A stretch of DNA of 63,895 nt, counting the filler, from Sphacelaria rigidula (taxonomy: Eukaryota), in assembly GCA_964200075.2 (NCBI GenBank). It is 10 parts of 10 records of this genome, joined end to end, with 100 filler letters (N's around TTAATTAATTAA, not from the genome) between each part and the next. Parts side by side here need not be neighbours in the genome. Positions count along the whole stretch, not along the records: positions 32,001 to 38,299 come from CAXNAA020020931.1; positions 38,400 to 44,698 come from CAXNAA020020932.1; positions 44,799 to 51,097 come from CAXNAA020020933.1; 7 more parts are not named here. One strand, given 5' to 3'. The notes under the pieces were generated by a model, which made no database searches, had not been told where the DNA came from, and was given only the letters and a program-made list of their open reading frames with translations. Below are positions 38,026 through 50,007 of the stretch, in pieces. How positions within the stretch are numbered: the first letter of the stretch is position 1; each line of letters starts with the position of its first letter. The position numbers and the translations under genes are program-made.

Positions 38026-38410
38026 CGAAACGTTTCTCGCTCTTCAGAACCCCCCGGCATGCAAAGGTGCAACCGATATGTTCAGGCCCGAGGGGCAATC
38101 GCCGAAAACCGGTATACCGACGGTATTTTCGCCAACATCCGGTATAGCTCACACCCCCCCTCAGGAAAGCTACTAATGCAGCCGCCTGATCGGCCACATC
38201 CCGCCGCGTGTGCATTCTGGCGAAAACACACACGGTATACCTGTTTTGGGAAACTCAATTTGACTTTCACCGGTTTTTGGCGACGGTCGCACCAGTTTTN
38301 NNNNNNNNNNNNNNNNNNNNNNNNNNNNNNNNNNNNNNNNNNNTTAATTAATTAANNNNNNNNNNNNNNNNNNNNNNNNNNNNNNNNNNNNNNNNNNNNG
38401 CGGGGGGGGG

Positions 38411-38457
<47 letters not shown>

Positions 38458-38946
38458 CGACTCGCACCTTGGGAGAATTTTCATGTATTGATCTACCATC
38501 AGCCTCACTTCATATATATATGGCATCGCTCTACTTGGCTTGGATATTTACTCGAGTGTTTTTTTGGGTGTCACTGTTGGATAGTTTTTTTCTTCATGTA
38601 TTGCTCTATCGGCCGCACTTCATATACGATCTCGTGATACTTGGCTTTAATATTCAGTCGAGTGTTTTTTGGAGTGTCTTCGTCGACATTTATTCAGTCG
38701 AGTGCTTCTTGGGTGTCTCCGTCGAGCTTTAGTCGAAGTGCTTTTTGGGTGTCTCCGTTGCCATTATTATTTTTTTCTTATTTTTTCCCTGGCTCTGAAT
38801 TTGAATTTCACTTGCCGTTTGTTTCTTCCTGCTCCTCTTCTGTATTCGATATTTATATTTCTTCTTCTGGGTCGAGTTTTTTTTCTGGTTCGTTACGGCC
38901 GTCTTGTGGCCAAAGCTTGGTTCGTAGTGGATTGATTAATGTGTGA

Positions 38947-39461
38947 TGTGACGATTTATAGGCAACCGATTATACTACCGTACAGTCAGCGCTGACTGGT
39001 CAGTAGTTTAGTTAGTTCTCTCTTAAGCCGTCACAAAATTTGGTCGTGGGGCAATCGCCGTCTCTTTTGCTCCGAGGAGGGCGACTACCCTTGCCAGCGC
39101 TCTGTCGACTGCCAACAGAACCTCTAATGTTGTCACTGTCACCTCGCCCTTAAGTTACTCGTCGCCCCCGCTCCCTGAAGAGTGTGTGTATTAGGGTCCT
39201 TAGCAGTACGCTCCAAACATAGCCGTCAGGTTATATCCCGCCCTTTTTCTTTGGGCCGGGCAACGTTTTACAGAGTTTCTCGACGTGGGGCCAATTGTTT
39301 AAAGAAGTTTTCTCTCCTCTTTTTTCTTCAAAGAAAGTGCGTCCGACGGGAATCGAACCAGCGACTAATTTACGTGACGGTTCACAGGCAACAGATTAGA
39401 CTACCGTACAGTCAGCGCTGACTGGTCAGTGATCTAGTTGGTTGTCTCTTAAACCGTCACA
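38947..39461. mobile_element. TRIM-like element: two 89-bp direct repeats (38947-39035, 39373-39461) around a non-coding ~337-bp core, with a tRNA-like Pol III promoter on the minus strand
   Basis: Each repeat is (T/C)GTGACG...CGTCACA with an internal perfect palindrome CAGTCAGCGCTGACTG. Flanks GTGA/GTAA. A-box TAGT(A/C)TAATC(G/T)G lies inside the repeats; B-box GGTTCGATTCCC is at 39348-39359. Confidence 0.65.
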
Positions 39462-40667
39462 GTAATGAACCAATCAAATCAATACATTCAAGGAAGGGAC
39501 TTTATCATCTTCGGGTCGGTACGCAGCCCATCCCCGCCTCTCGATCATGGGGGGAAGTAGTATCCACAACTGGGCAACGCCTGCACCGCCCACAGTCAGC
39601 CTCGTTGTCTTTAACCCCAAACCGACGTCGCTTCGCTGCCTGCGGATTTACCTTTCGTCCGCGGGTCTGAACAAAACGGCTGTTTTGAAGAAAAAGAGTG
39701 CCTGTGTGTGCTCACGACTGACTGTCTGTAGCGGTACTGTACTGTAGCAGTACTGTACTGTACTGTACTGTACTGTACTGTACTGTACTGTACTAGTCGG
39801 CCATAACTTTCACCGTGCGGGCAAGTGCTTCCTGGTTCTGTAACCGTCAAATTCAAACAAAACTCCTGCGGACTGTACGGTACTGTATTGCATGCTAGGG
39901 TATTGAACTACACCGTGATCTTCCTTTGGGTCGGTAGCAGGGTTGAAAAAAGTCCATGCGGCCCTACGCTGGCGCAGATTTCGAGGAGGCCATCTGCGGC
40001 TTGCCGCAGAAAATATTTTCGGGCCGCATACTGTTCGCCTCCGGCGAAAAGGAATTCTGCGGCCTCTCTTATTTTCGCCGGAGGCGAAATTGTTCTCGGG
40101 GATTCTTTTACGCGTTGACTTGCTGCTTCACCTGCTTCACGCACAATAAGAAAGCACCGCATGCGCATGTCGTAATGATAAGCTACATCCGACGATAATG
40201 TGTCAGTTTTCTTGCTTTTTTCCAGAGTTTTTTCAACGGAATATGCAAAACATTTCCGCTCCGCAGAGCCCCTCCGGGGGGGGCCCTGCGCGGCCGGCGT
40301 CCCCCGGGGGTCCTTCAGGGGGGCCTGTTGCAGGTTAAGGACAACTCCCGGTTAAGGGCAACTTTTCGCTTAAGGGCAAGCGGTCCGGATTAAGGGCAAG
40401 CGCCCCTGACTATGGGGAAGCGCCCCTGACTATGGGGAAGCGCACCTGGGTAAGGGGAAGCGCTCCTGACTATGGGGAAGCGCACCTGGGTACGGGGAAG
40501 CACACCTGGGTACGGGGAAGCGCACCTGGGTAGGGGGAAGCGCACCTGGATACGGGCAAGCGCCTCTGATTATTGGCATCTGCCCCTAGCGACGGAGAAG
40601 CGATACACGTATCGTCAACATATTCCCGAATCAGCCAAAGTATGCCAAACTGTCTAGGGCGTGCTAA

Positions 40668-40803
40668 GGACCCACGATACGTGTGTCTCTGGCTCGTGGG
40701 CACACGATACAGGTGTCTCTCGCTTGTGGGCACGCGGTACAGGTTAGGGTTAGGGTTAGGGTTAGGGTTAGGGTTAGGGTTAGGGTTAGGGTATCGTGGG
40801 TCC
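40668..40803. mobile_element. 136-bp PIF/Harbinger (Tourist)-like MITE carrying (TTAGGG)8 at 40744-40791
   Basis: TAA|GGACCCACGATAC ... GTATCGTGGGTCC|TTA, perfect 13-bp TIR. Confidence 0.8.
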
Positions 40804-40806
40804 TTA

Positions 40807-41030
40807 GTGTAATGCGTGAGAGGATCGCGTGCTTAGAGGACCGCGCCGCAGTTCAAAGCACCTCAGGATCGACGTTTTTCAAAACCAATCCGGCCAGTCC
40901 CTGCAGGTAATACGCCCCTGACCATAACCCCGACACTAACCGTAACCGTAACCCTAACCCTAACCCTAACCATAGGATATTCAATTTCCGATGCGGTCCT
41001 CTAAGCACGCGGTCCTCTCACGCATTACAC
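40807..41030. mobile_element. 224-bp TTA-flanked MITE carrying degenerate (CCCTAA)n at ~40916-40974
   Basis: TTA|GTGTAATGCGTGAGAGGA.CGCGTGCTTAGAGGACCGC ... GCGGTCCTCTAAGCACGCGGTCCTCTCACGCATTACAC|TTA. Confidence 0.8.
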
Positions 41031-41774
41031 TTAGCATGCCCTAGACAGTTTGGCATTCTTCGGCTGATTCGGGAATGTGATGACGAAACGTGTATCGCTT
41101 CTCCGTCACTAGGGGCAGATGTCAATTTTCAGGGGCGCTTGCCCGTATCCAGATGCGCTCCCCCATACCCAGGTGCGCTTCCCCTCCCCCGGGTGCGCTT
41201 CCCCCTACCCAGGTGCGCTTACCGATAGTCAGGGGCGCTTTCCCTTACCCAGGTGCGCTTCCTCATAGTCAGGGGCGCTTGCCCCTAATCCGGGCCGTTC
41301 CCCCCTAACCAGGGGCGCTTCCCCATAGTCAGGGGCGCTTGCCCTTAATCCGGACCGCTTGCTCTTAAGCGAAAAGTTGCCCTTAACCGGGCGTTGCCCT
41401 TAACCTGCAACAGGGCCCTTGCGGGGGGTCGCATATCGCCGTCGGCTCTGCTCTGTGCCAGCGCAAATACGCTAAAAATGCCTTATTCTTCCCGTTTCTA
41501 TGCCAGTACGCGCAATGGGTCAATAACTTCACTGTATCCACGGCCAGCCTGTGCGTCAGCGCCACAAAAGTGAGGCGGTTTCGTTGCCCCTGAATTTGGC
41601 GGTCGGCCACGGGTCTGAACAGTAGGGCTGATGTGAAGGTAGTATGTGCTTGTGCACGGCTCCAGTCAATAGCCTTTACCATTTTGTCGTAGTTATCATA
41701 CTGTGTACAGAGCATCGTTTGCAAAACCGACCGCATAGTATTACCGACCGGCAACCACCGTGGAGGATGAGGTA

Positions 41775-41942
41775 TAGTACAGTATCGCACCGTATGACAA
41801 CAGACTGTATTGTAGTGTAGGCAACTTCACGAAGATACAGCCGTTATGATACAGGATATGTTTAGTACGATATCGCATCTTATGACAACAGACTGTGATA
41901 GTGTACGCTACTTCACCAAGATACAGCCGCTTGATACCTGTA
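41775..41942 (+). repeat. Two ~88-bp direct repeats
   Basis: TAGTAC..TATCGCA...TATGACAACAGACTGT..TAGTGTA.GC.ACTTCAC.AAGATACAGCCG at 41775 and 41863. Confidence 0.8.
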
Positions 41943-42254
41943 CGTAGCCCGCGCTACACGGGCTGGTAGCTGGAGCTCTGGAAGGTTGGCACAGAGCAGG
42001 TGCAGGCGCGGGTAGTGCGTTCCGCGCTGACCTAGCGAGCGACCATGAGCAGCACCCACCGAACTTCTGCTGTACCTGGCGCAATTAGTCCGTCATGGGC
42101 ATCTTCGAAAACAAGAACACTTCCGCCAACTCGCCAGCTGGTGGCCGCACTTACATGTGCAGCTGCAAGGTCGCGACCAACTTCATTGCGCACGGCGGCT
42201 TCAGCTACAGCCGCCGTTCTAACATAGTCACTGTTTGTCTATGCCTGGTGTATA

Positions 42255-42695
42255 ACACGGGATTTTACAAATTGGGGATAGAATTTTGTTTAGGATGAGA
42301 ACCCGGAGAAATAAAATCTTCGTATCCACACCGAATCTTCGAAATATAGGTCCACTCCTTCACCTACTGGTAGCTATTGACAACTACAACACGCCATACA
42401 AATTTGGATCCTGATAACCGAACATGTTGGGGTCCTAGGAGAAAAAACAATTTTGGGCAATTTAGATGATCCGATCAGATCGCCGAAATTCCCCGAAATT
42501 GGTTCTACACCTAGGACCCCAAAATTTCGGTCATCGAAATCCTAATTCGTATGGTGTGTAGTAGTTACCAACAGCAACCAGTGAGTGAAGAGATGGAATC
42601 GTATTCGAACATTTGGTGTGGATACGAAAGTTTTTACTATCCGGGTTTTTCATCCTCAATAAAAAACTCCATTCTCACTTTGTGAAATCCCGTGT
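42255..42695. mobile_element. Complete copy of the ~440-bp palindromic MITE with TA TSD
   Basis: TA|ACACGGGATTTTACAAA ... GTGAAATCCCGTGT|TA. Confidence 0.88.
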
Positions 42696-45600
42696 TATGT
42701 GGTCTGCCGAGACGGCAAGACCGCCTTCTCGTCGAGGTACGTCACCCCGACAAGGGAGTAAAAGTGCGTCGGCGGCAGACGGTGGAGAGTCGCCTTGGCG
42801 AGCGACTGCAGGAGACGCTCGAATAGGCGTTGGGTTGGTGCCGGTGGCAGGTGGTGTAGATTCATTTGGGCCAGGGCTGGCGGAACGCGACCGAGGTGTG
42901 GTTGGGCAGGCGCCGGTGATGATTAGCAACGACTCGTTCGGTCGAGCGTTGGGGGGGGGCGGTCGAGTGCCGGCGGGCGCCGGCCAGCGTTGGTTTGGGC
43001 GGGCGCAGCTAGCACGTGAGAGAGACTCACGTGAGAGAGAGTCGCTCGGCCAAGCGCCGGCGGGAGGTGGCCAAGAAGGAAGTGGGCAGGCACCGGTGAC
43101 AGTTGGGACGGACTCGTTCGGCCGAGCGTCCGCGGGGGGTGGCCGAGCGCCGGCGGGAAGACAGGCACCCGTGACACTTGGCAGGCACTCGTGCGGTCGC
43201 GGAAGCCGGCCGAAGTTAGTCTGGGCGGGCCCCGCTGGCAGGTCGAGGTGTGAGGGGGCAGACTCCGCTGGCAGGTGGGAGAGACTCGCTCGACCGAGCG
43301 CCGGCGGGAGGCGGCCCAGAAGTGACTGAGCGGGCGCCGCAGGCAGGTGGTGGAGACTAAATTGGACAAGCGCCGACGGGACGTCGTCGAGCGACTGCTG
43401 TGCGGCGCATCCTAGGTAGAGGTGGTCAAGGCAGGCGCAGCGAAGTAGCAGCTTGAGATATTCACTGCTCTATATGCCACCGCGAGGGCAACTCCATAGT
43501 GTTTGTGATGGGAATGCGAAGGAAATATTTGCCTTGGCAACGACAAGTGCGGGCGATGGGCTTGCAGCTGTTGCTATAAGAGGTTTAACCGTGACCTCGA
43601 CGCCAAGCGCTGCCGATGCGACAATAACATATGCCAGTTTTGCAAATGCCAAAAGTGAGTCCGTGACTGGTAAAGTGCAATTTCCTCCCATGAAATATCG
43701 ATGATCCTTGTGGTTCGGCGTCAGAGTGTTACCGTGTGAGTACATGTGTGCAATGTATCGGTGTTAGGTTTACCCTGATTTCCGAGTGGAATAGCTCTAG
43801 GCGGCCGAAGGAGAGGACGGTGGATACGACGCAAATGAACCGAAAACTCTGAAAACGACCGTGTAGTGAACATTTCAGAATCGAAGCAAACGTTTTTTAC
43901 CGTACTCATAGATGTGCAACCTCTTGTCTGTTAACACACAAATATGCAGCAAATAGGTTTTCAAGCTTTTCAGCGGAATATGGATGTGGGGTAATGAAGT
44001 TTGTACGTTTTTCCACGCCATGCCCTCCGAGCCCCTCCACCCACGCGCCCCCATGTTTTTCAGTTCGGGAGGTAGCATTTGGTAAGCCTGGCGTCTGTTG
44101 ACATTGCTATTTTTGGGCTGATGAACGTTCTCCTCATCAACCTCGTGTAGTCGTCATTATATGCTCTTCATCTCCCCGAAAGCCGTGCTCGCTTTGCAGA
44201 TATTATGACCCGATTCTAATAGCTTTCAAGAAAAAAGAATGGTTCATTCATGCTAGGTTGGTGGATGTGGTGCTCGATACGAGTTGGGCCAGCCTAGAAG
44301 CGGATTTGTGGTTTGTAGACGCATTCGCAGCTTACTATTGCACGTTGGACCTTAAAATTTGGTATGAACAACGCATAGGCTACAATCAAAAAGACGTATG
44401 CGTGGACCCGAAGCATTTTCTTCATGAATTAACAGCATTTTACTGAACCTGAAAACTGATGATTGTCTTCAACTAAGAAAGAAAAACAAGGATTAGGGTC
44501 CATGCATTCGTTTTGGTATCATGACCTATTCGTTGCCCATGCCAAATTTGAAGGTCTAACTGAAGCAATTGAGCTGCGGATGGGCCGTTTGAAAACCGGG
44601 CCTGTAGCCGAAAATACACCAAGGCGTAGTAGATGTAGCATGTGTAGGATCCTGGATGATAACCAGGGTACAAGGGCATCCTGTGGATGATGACCCTTNN
44701 NNNNNNNNNNNNNNNNNNNNNNNNNNNNNNNNNNNNNNNNNNTTAATTAATTAANNNNNNNNNNNNNNNNNNNNNNNNNNNNNNNNNNNNNNNNNNNNTA
44801 CTTTCCAAATGTGACGAAAACTCTGCTTGTTTTCGTGAATACGTAACGTGTCACGTGTCACGTTAAAAATTCACGAAAATATTATTTTTTTACATGTGGA
44901 AAACATCAAGAGACACTGCTTCAAGGTCCACATGTTACATGACGTTACGTTGTTTGTCCCGTCCGAAAAAACAAACTTTACGTAGCGTTGAATGACCCAA
45001 AGTGACGTGTTTTCCGTTTTTTTCAACTGTGTCACGTGTGTCACGTATCCCTCCCTGAAAAAAACAGTGTCGGTAATCATGGGCCTTAGGGTTGAGGTTT
45101 AGGATAGGGCTAGGGTTATCTTCCGGACGGGACTCGACTGGTCAGTGTACTCCACTGTAGTGCCTCCTGTGATATATAGACGAAGGACTTGCGCAAATGA
45201 GTGACGGTAGATAAGTGTGTACTCGGATGATGGCGACTCGACAAAGGGATTCAGCTTATTATTGCTTCCTTGCGCCACGTGTTCACTAAACGACCATTTG
45301 ACCTCTGATCCAGCGAGCGTTCCTTGACTCGAAGGTCAAATAAATGATCATTTATGGGAGAGATATTATATGCGGCGTACGTCCGGTCCCGACATGGTTA
45401 CATCGTCAGGTATCTCCAGGGTCTCGCCTGTTGCAAGCCTCTGCGCGTCAAGATACAAAATCTACACGCTCACTGAAAAAGACGTGAAATGTCCCCTTGA
45501 GGGAAGGGCGAGATGCGGTTCGAATCCCGGCATAATTGCAAAATCTGCTCTTAAGAAGCAGTGTCACATAAAACTGTAACAGGCCAGACGTGTTTCAATC

Positions 45601-46944
45601 AGTAGCCGAGATGTAGTACCGATTAGAACAACATATAACCGTCAACATCCGGGGCAGGTTTTCCTGTTGAATCATGACGAATCCAGGCAATTTGAGTACA
45701 TAATAACTGGTCGAACTCAAGAAATATTATGATGCCGTTCAACCTATCATTACAGCTTAGAAAACATCCGTTCAGGACACCCTTGTATCTCGTGAGTATC
45801 GCGCAATATATATTGGAAGGGCTATGACGAAAATAGCCATACGGCGCATGGTAGCCGGTTTCAGACCCCATGAAGCGCCAAATATGGGCGACATTGATGC
45901 GATGTACTCGGCTTGTGACATTTTGATTCGCATGTAGATCTTGCTTCCTCAAACCAGCCATTTTCCTGCGGGGGGGGGGGCTGTCGCGGCATCACTCTCC
46001 CCATTTTAGCCCCATCCCAACACCCTGCAGTTGTTCCCCAAAACATCGTCAGCATTCGGGATGATCTAGTGCTCAGCTTCAAAACTATCACAACAGCCTG
46101 GGAATCATCTTCTGTACCTTGTTCATTTAACAGTACTGATCGCATGAAGACCACAGAACAACTCACGTATCGTAGGTATAATCATGTCCCGCCGCGAATT
46201 ACATGTCATCCCGCCGTGGTTAATCCCATCCCGTTGTATATACCGCGTGGGAGTTGAGATAACAATAAATCGCATCACTCTAGTTTTTAGATATCTCAAA
46301 AATTTATGTATATATACATATATACATATATAGCGCAAGACAGCGACTTATTGGGAGTCCCTATATTTTCACACTTTCGAGCTCTCCCCTTCCTCCAGGC
46401 GACTCCGTGGTCCCAAGGGATCAACTCATCTCTCCCCGGTAGCCTCCGTCTCGAAAAGGATGCGTGGTCAATGACCAAACGATTAAGGTAAACAACGAAT
46501 GATTACGCTCCCCCCACGGTACACGCCTTTCGTTTCGTCTTTCGGATTGGGTCAACACTCCCGCACCGCGTTTACTCTCGCCAAACAACCTCAAACAAGA
46601 CCTTGTTGTGATTCGGAAATCTGATACTTCGAGGGAAAAACCCAACTGCAACAGGTGGGGATCGAAACCGCGTTCTCTTCACCTTGATGGTGTCAGGTGG
46701 ACCATTAGACCAGGACGCGACGGCGTGTAGGTCGGCATTGACAACCTGTGTCAGAGGTGAGTCAGATTGTCCGTCGAACCCGATTGATGGCGATACTTGC
46801 GTGGCATTCTCTTCCTAGCAATAATGTTTGTTCTGCTACCTTCAGACGGTAACTGGATGGTGTTCGTTCAGGTTCTGGAATATATATATATACATACATA
46901 TACTACTAGGAATCGAAGTGACTCAGCTCGTATGAGACAGGCCA

Positions 46945-47127
46945 TCAATCAAATTGGCATCGTGGAGAACGCCGCGGAGAGAGCTGTGCCCACTGGTCTC
47001 TATTTCGGCTCGGGGAAAGAGACCTAGCGATGGGACATATTCCTAGCTGGAGGTCCTCGAGCAGGGCTTCAGCGGTTTCCGCACGATGAATTTCCGTTTC
47101 CAGTCGCTCGGATAGTTGTCGTGCCGT
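46945..47127 (-). CDS. CEP131: CEP131/AZI1-like protein, last exon
   Basis: cag|TARQLSERLETEIHRAETAEALLEDLQ...* continues the pattern L..Q......RA...E.LLE. Confidence 0.65.
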   Translation of the reverse strand, partial: TARQLSERLETEIHRAETAEALLEDLQLGICPIARSLSPSRNRDQWAQLSPRRSPRCQFD

Positions 47128-47919
47128 CTGAAGTTGCCGGGCCAACGTTTGTTGTCACGGTCCGAAGCGTGCGGGGCCAGGGGGAGGGGGGGGGGGGAAT
47201 CGGTCGGGAATACAAGTTTGTTGTGGAGTATGACTATCATTTTCGGGTGTTCCTTAATACTCGATCGTATTTCCATGTGTCATCTCAATTTTTGCCTCCA
47301 GCATCGGTTATAATGATGAGTCGGGTACGGGGGTCTACACGCCCGATGTGTTCATCACACTTCTCGACGGTACGAGAATTTCGATCCTTCTACATTCGTC
47401 CATCTTGCGCCCATCGTACCCCAAGAAAAACTCGCCGGATCATACCCTCTCGACTATATCGCCGCGTTTCACATTTGAATTCTTGATAACAAGACACGAA
47501 ATAGCCGGGCGCGTCTGATTTCGAGTAAAAATACTGATATGCAAGCCGTCCGGGGCCTGTTCTTCGCCCCGGTCCCCCGCAACTTTTGTCGAAAGACGGT
47601 CTGAATCTTGTCAAGCCCTGGTGAGAGGGAAGAGGAAGTGAAGGATTTGAAAAGGCAGTGCAGTTTTAAACGACGAGAAAATGTGAAAAAAAAATAAGAC
47701 GAAACTGAGAGACCATGCATTATGGATGTACAGAGTATATCACCATACACCACTCTTTTTGCCACTAAAAACGAACATTCCGACGCCTCCAGCACCACGC
47801 TGCGACACATGCATACACACTCCCTCTTACTCCATCGTAAACTTGACTTTTTTACACCTCCCACATCACCACATGATTCGTTTGTGCACCTCCAACCACG
47901 TTTACAGACGTTCCGACAC

Positions 47920-48480
47920 CTGCATACGCTCAGTTCGACGATACATTACCTTGCCGAGCAGTCTTTGACCCCTCTGATTTCGAGCGAAGTTCGAGAAGAA
48001 GTCGATAAGAAGGCGTTGACAAAATGCTGCTCTCTCGTGCGTCGTCACAGTATTATAAACTTGCTCAGTTCGTCGGCCCATTACATGGGGTTGGGATCCG
48101 AGCATTCTTTGCCCCCTCTGGTTTCGAGTGAAGGTCGGTCGAGTGTCGAAAAGGAGGCATATGCAGAATGCTCCGCTCTCATGCGTTCATACACACACAT
48201 ACTCACACAATACAATTCACAGCTACGACCGTCCCGACAACTGCATACACACGCCCACACACGTCACCATGCAACTTATTTCCTGCACGAAAGCGAACGA
48301 TCCGACACACCTCCTTACGTCACGTCCGGACACGTGCATTTCACACCTGCATAGACTCAGTTCGTCGGTACACTACCATGCCAAGCATCATTTGCCCTCT
48401 CTTTTCGAGTACAGGTCGGGCGAATGTCGATAGGGACGCGCGAGTAAACTGCTGCGCTCTCGTGCGTCGTTACAGTCAGT
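47920..48480 (+). repeat. Three diverged ~135-bp units (intronic)
   Basis: CTCAGTTCG.CG...CA.TAC...CCGAGCA..CTTTG.CCC.TCT..TTTCGAG...GTCGA....GTCGA...TGCT.C.CTCTC.TGCGT at ~47928, ~48065 and ~48356. Confidence 0.75.
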
Positions 48481-48732
48481 TATACGTGCCGTCGCAGACG
48501 TTAGGGCGTTGACCTTCATGTACTTTCCGTCGGTTATTCGAAGCCCCCAACTAACTGTACACGTACAGCACGCCGGTATTGCCGATCATATATATGTTTG
48601 TATATCTTGGCGCATGTATGTGATATACGCTGCACTGATGTCTTGCGTTTGTGCCTTGTCATAGTTTCAATCGCAGTATATATTCATGGATAGCTCGCGA
48701 TCAATGCTGACCACGGTCGGAGAACATCGCAC

Positions 48733-48795
48733 CTGGTTTTTAGCTCCAAGGACATCACGCACCCTTGCATCTACCGTTCGTAGCTCCCGTTTCCA
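48733..48795 (-). CDS. CEP131: CEP131/AZI1-like protein, penultimate exon
   Basis: cag|WKRELRTVDARVRDVLGAKNQ|gtgcga resembles the CEP131 C-terminal EL..V..RV...L..K pattern. Confidence 0.65.
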
Positions 48796-49863
48796 CTGCG
48801 CACCGGAGGGCGTACGCGCGACACAACGGATAACTGCCTCCCATTCCATGTTTTCATCTTATTGTTTTTCTCGGTTACCTTTATCATATGACACAGCTGG
48901 ATCCCTGGGGGATGCATTAAAATTGCGGCTATCAATCAATCAATCACTCGATCAACCGATTCCTCGAATTACACGTTTTCGGCAATCGGTACATACCCAC
49001 CGCACACTACCCAACAACTGAATACACAAACGGGAAAGAAAATCTGGTCATCACATGCACTGGTCAACCCCGATCAACCGCGAGTGCGTGTGAACTACGT
49101 TCATCGCAACTTTTCCGTTGCTGTAATCTTTATACGTTGCTGTTATCTCGATCGTCTGTCGTTGTGGCCTTATCGTGCCCCACGCGGCCAACGCACACCA
49201 TTACGAGCGCTAGGCTCTTGCTGCAGCATATCGATCCACCGACGTAAAATACGTATTCCGGACATGGCAATCAAACGATGAGTATCTGTAGAGGCTAGTC
49301 AAATCAGGCCACTCTGGCCACGGCGTAAACGGTACAGCCCTCTTTCACGGGATCCTGTATGTGATGCCATTGCGGAGCAGAGGGAGTTTTTCTCCCTGCA
49401 AACACTAATGGGAATCATCCAGACTTGAGACGTATTATCAGCTTCTCGCGAAAAAAATCAGGTCTTGACGGCTTGCACGTGAAGAGCAGCATGTGATGCT
49501 CATCGCCTTGAATCTCCGTGGTAATCACACGTACCGTACTCCCGCAAACCAAACGCACGAAGCAGCTGAGGGGAGGGCCAAGCTTCCTCGTGCCGAGTGT
49601 ATCGACGCAACGACAGCACAGATCGTTCTGAAACATAGTCTAGGACATGTTCGGATTATTCTCGAACATGTTCGATAAATAACGACACACCAATTGCAGA
49701 TACAGATACATTGTTCGCTGTACTGTGTCAGAACGTGCGAGATCAAATTGGCATCGAACGGTCTCCTTCTATGTTTTTTTTTTTTTCGTAGGCCAGCCAC
49801 TTCGGTTTTTGTGTCTCCCGAGATCTTCCTCGAACCCTCATCACCACGCCTCATCTGTGTCAC

Positions 49864-50007
49864 CTGCGATCTAATATCTCGGATAACCTCTGAGCTAGCG
49901 GACCGATCTTCCTCGGCCGCTGTTTTTTCGTCGACGAGATGTTTGGACAGCCGCTGCACGTTTCGTTCCAGGGCAAGCTTCGTCTGTTCCGACGCATCTT
50001 TCTCTGC
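49864..50007 (-). CDS. CEP131/AZI1-like coiled-coil protein, internal exon
   Basis: tag|AEKDASEQTKLALERNVQRLSKHLVDEKTAAEEDRSASSEVIRDIRSQ|gtgaca, phase 0/0. Other exons may intervene. Confidence 0.6.

Larger units (their letters stand above)
40318..41420. mobile_element. Large palindromic (foldback) element with 20-bp subterminal tandem units
   Basis: GGG.CCTGTTGCAGGTTAAGG.CAAC.CCCGGTTAAGGGCAACTTTTCGCTTAAG is mirrored at 41340-41420. GGGGAAGCGC units have a 20-bp period (40414-40554). The arms meet at CTAGGGC.TGC-TWA-GCATGCCCTAG. Confidence 0.9.

Noticed and set aside
39335..39410. Functional tRNA-His gene (similar B-box hits at ~25875, ~45517, ~46660, ~57970)
   Set aside because: The acceptor and D stems do not pair properly; these are tRNA-derived repeat heads.
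40744..40974. Telomere-telomere fusion site (TTAGGG facing CCCTAA)
   Set aside because: Each tract sits inside its own TIR-bounded MITE, separated by TIR sequence.
20353..50007. Apparent cluster of flagellar genes (mastigoneme + CEP131) or a SKP1/DIM1 neighbourhood
   Set aside because: The genes are on different, unlinked contigs.
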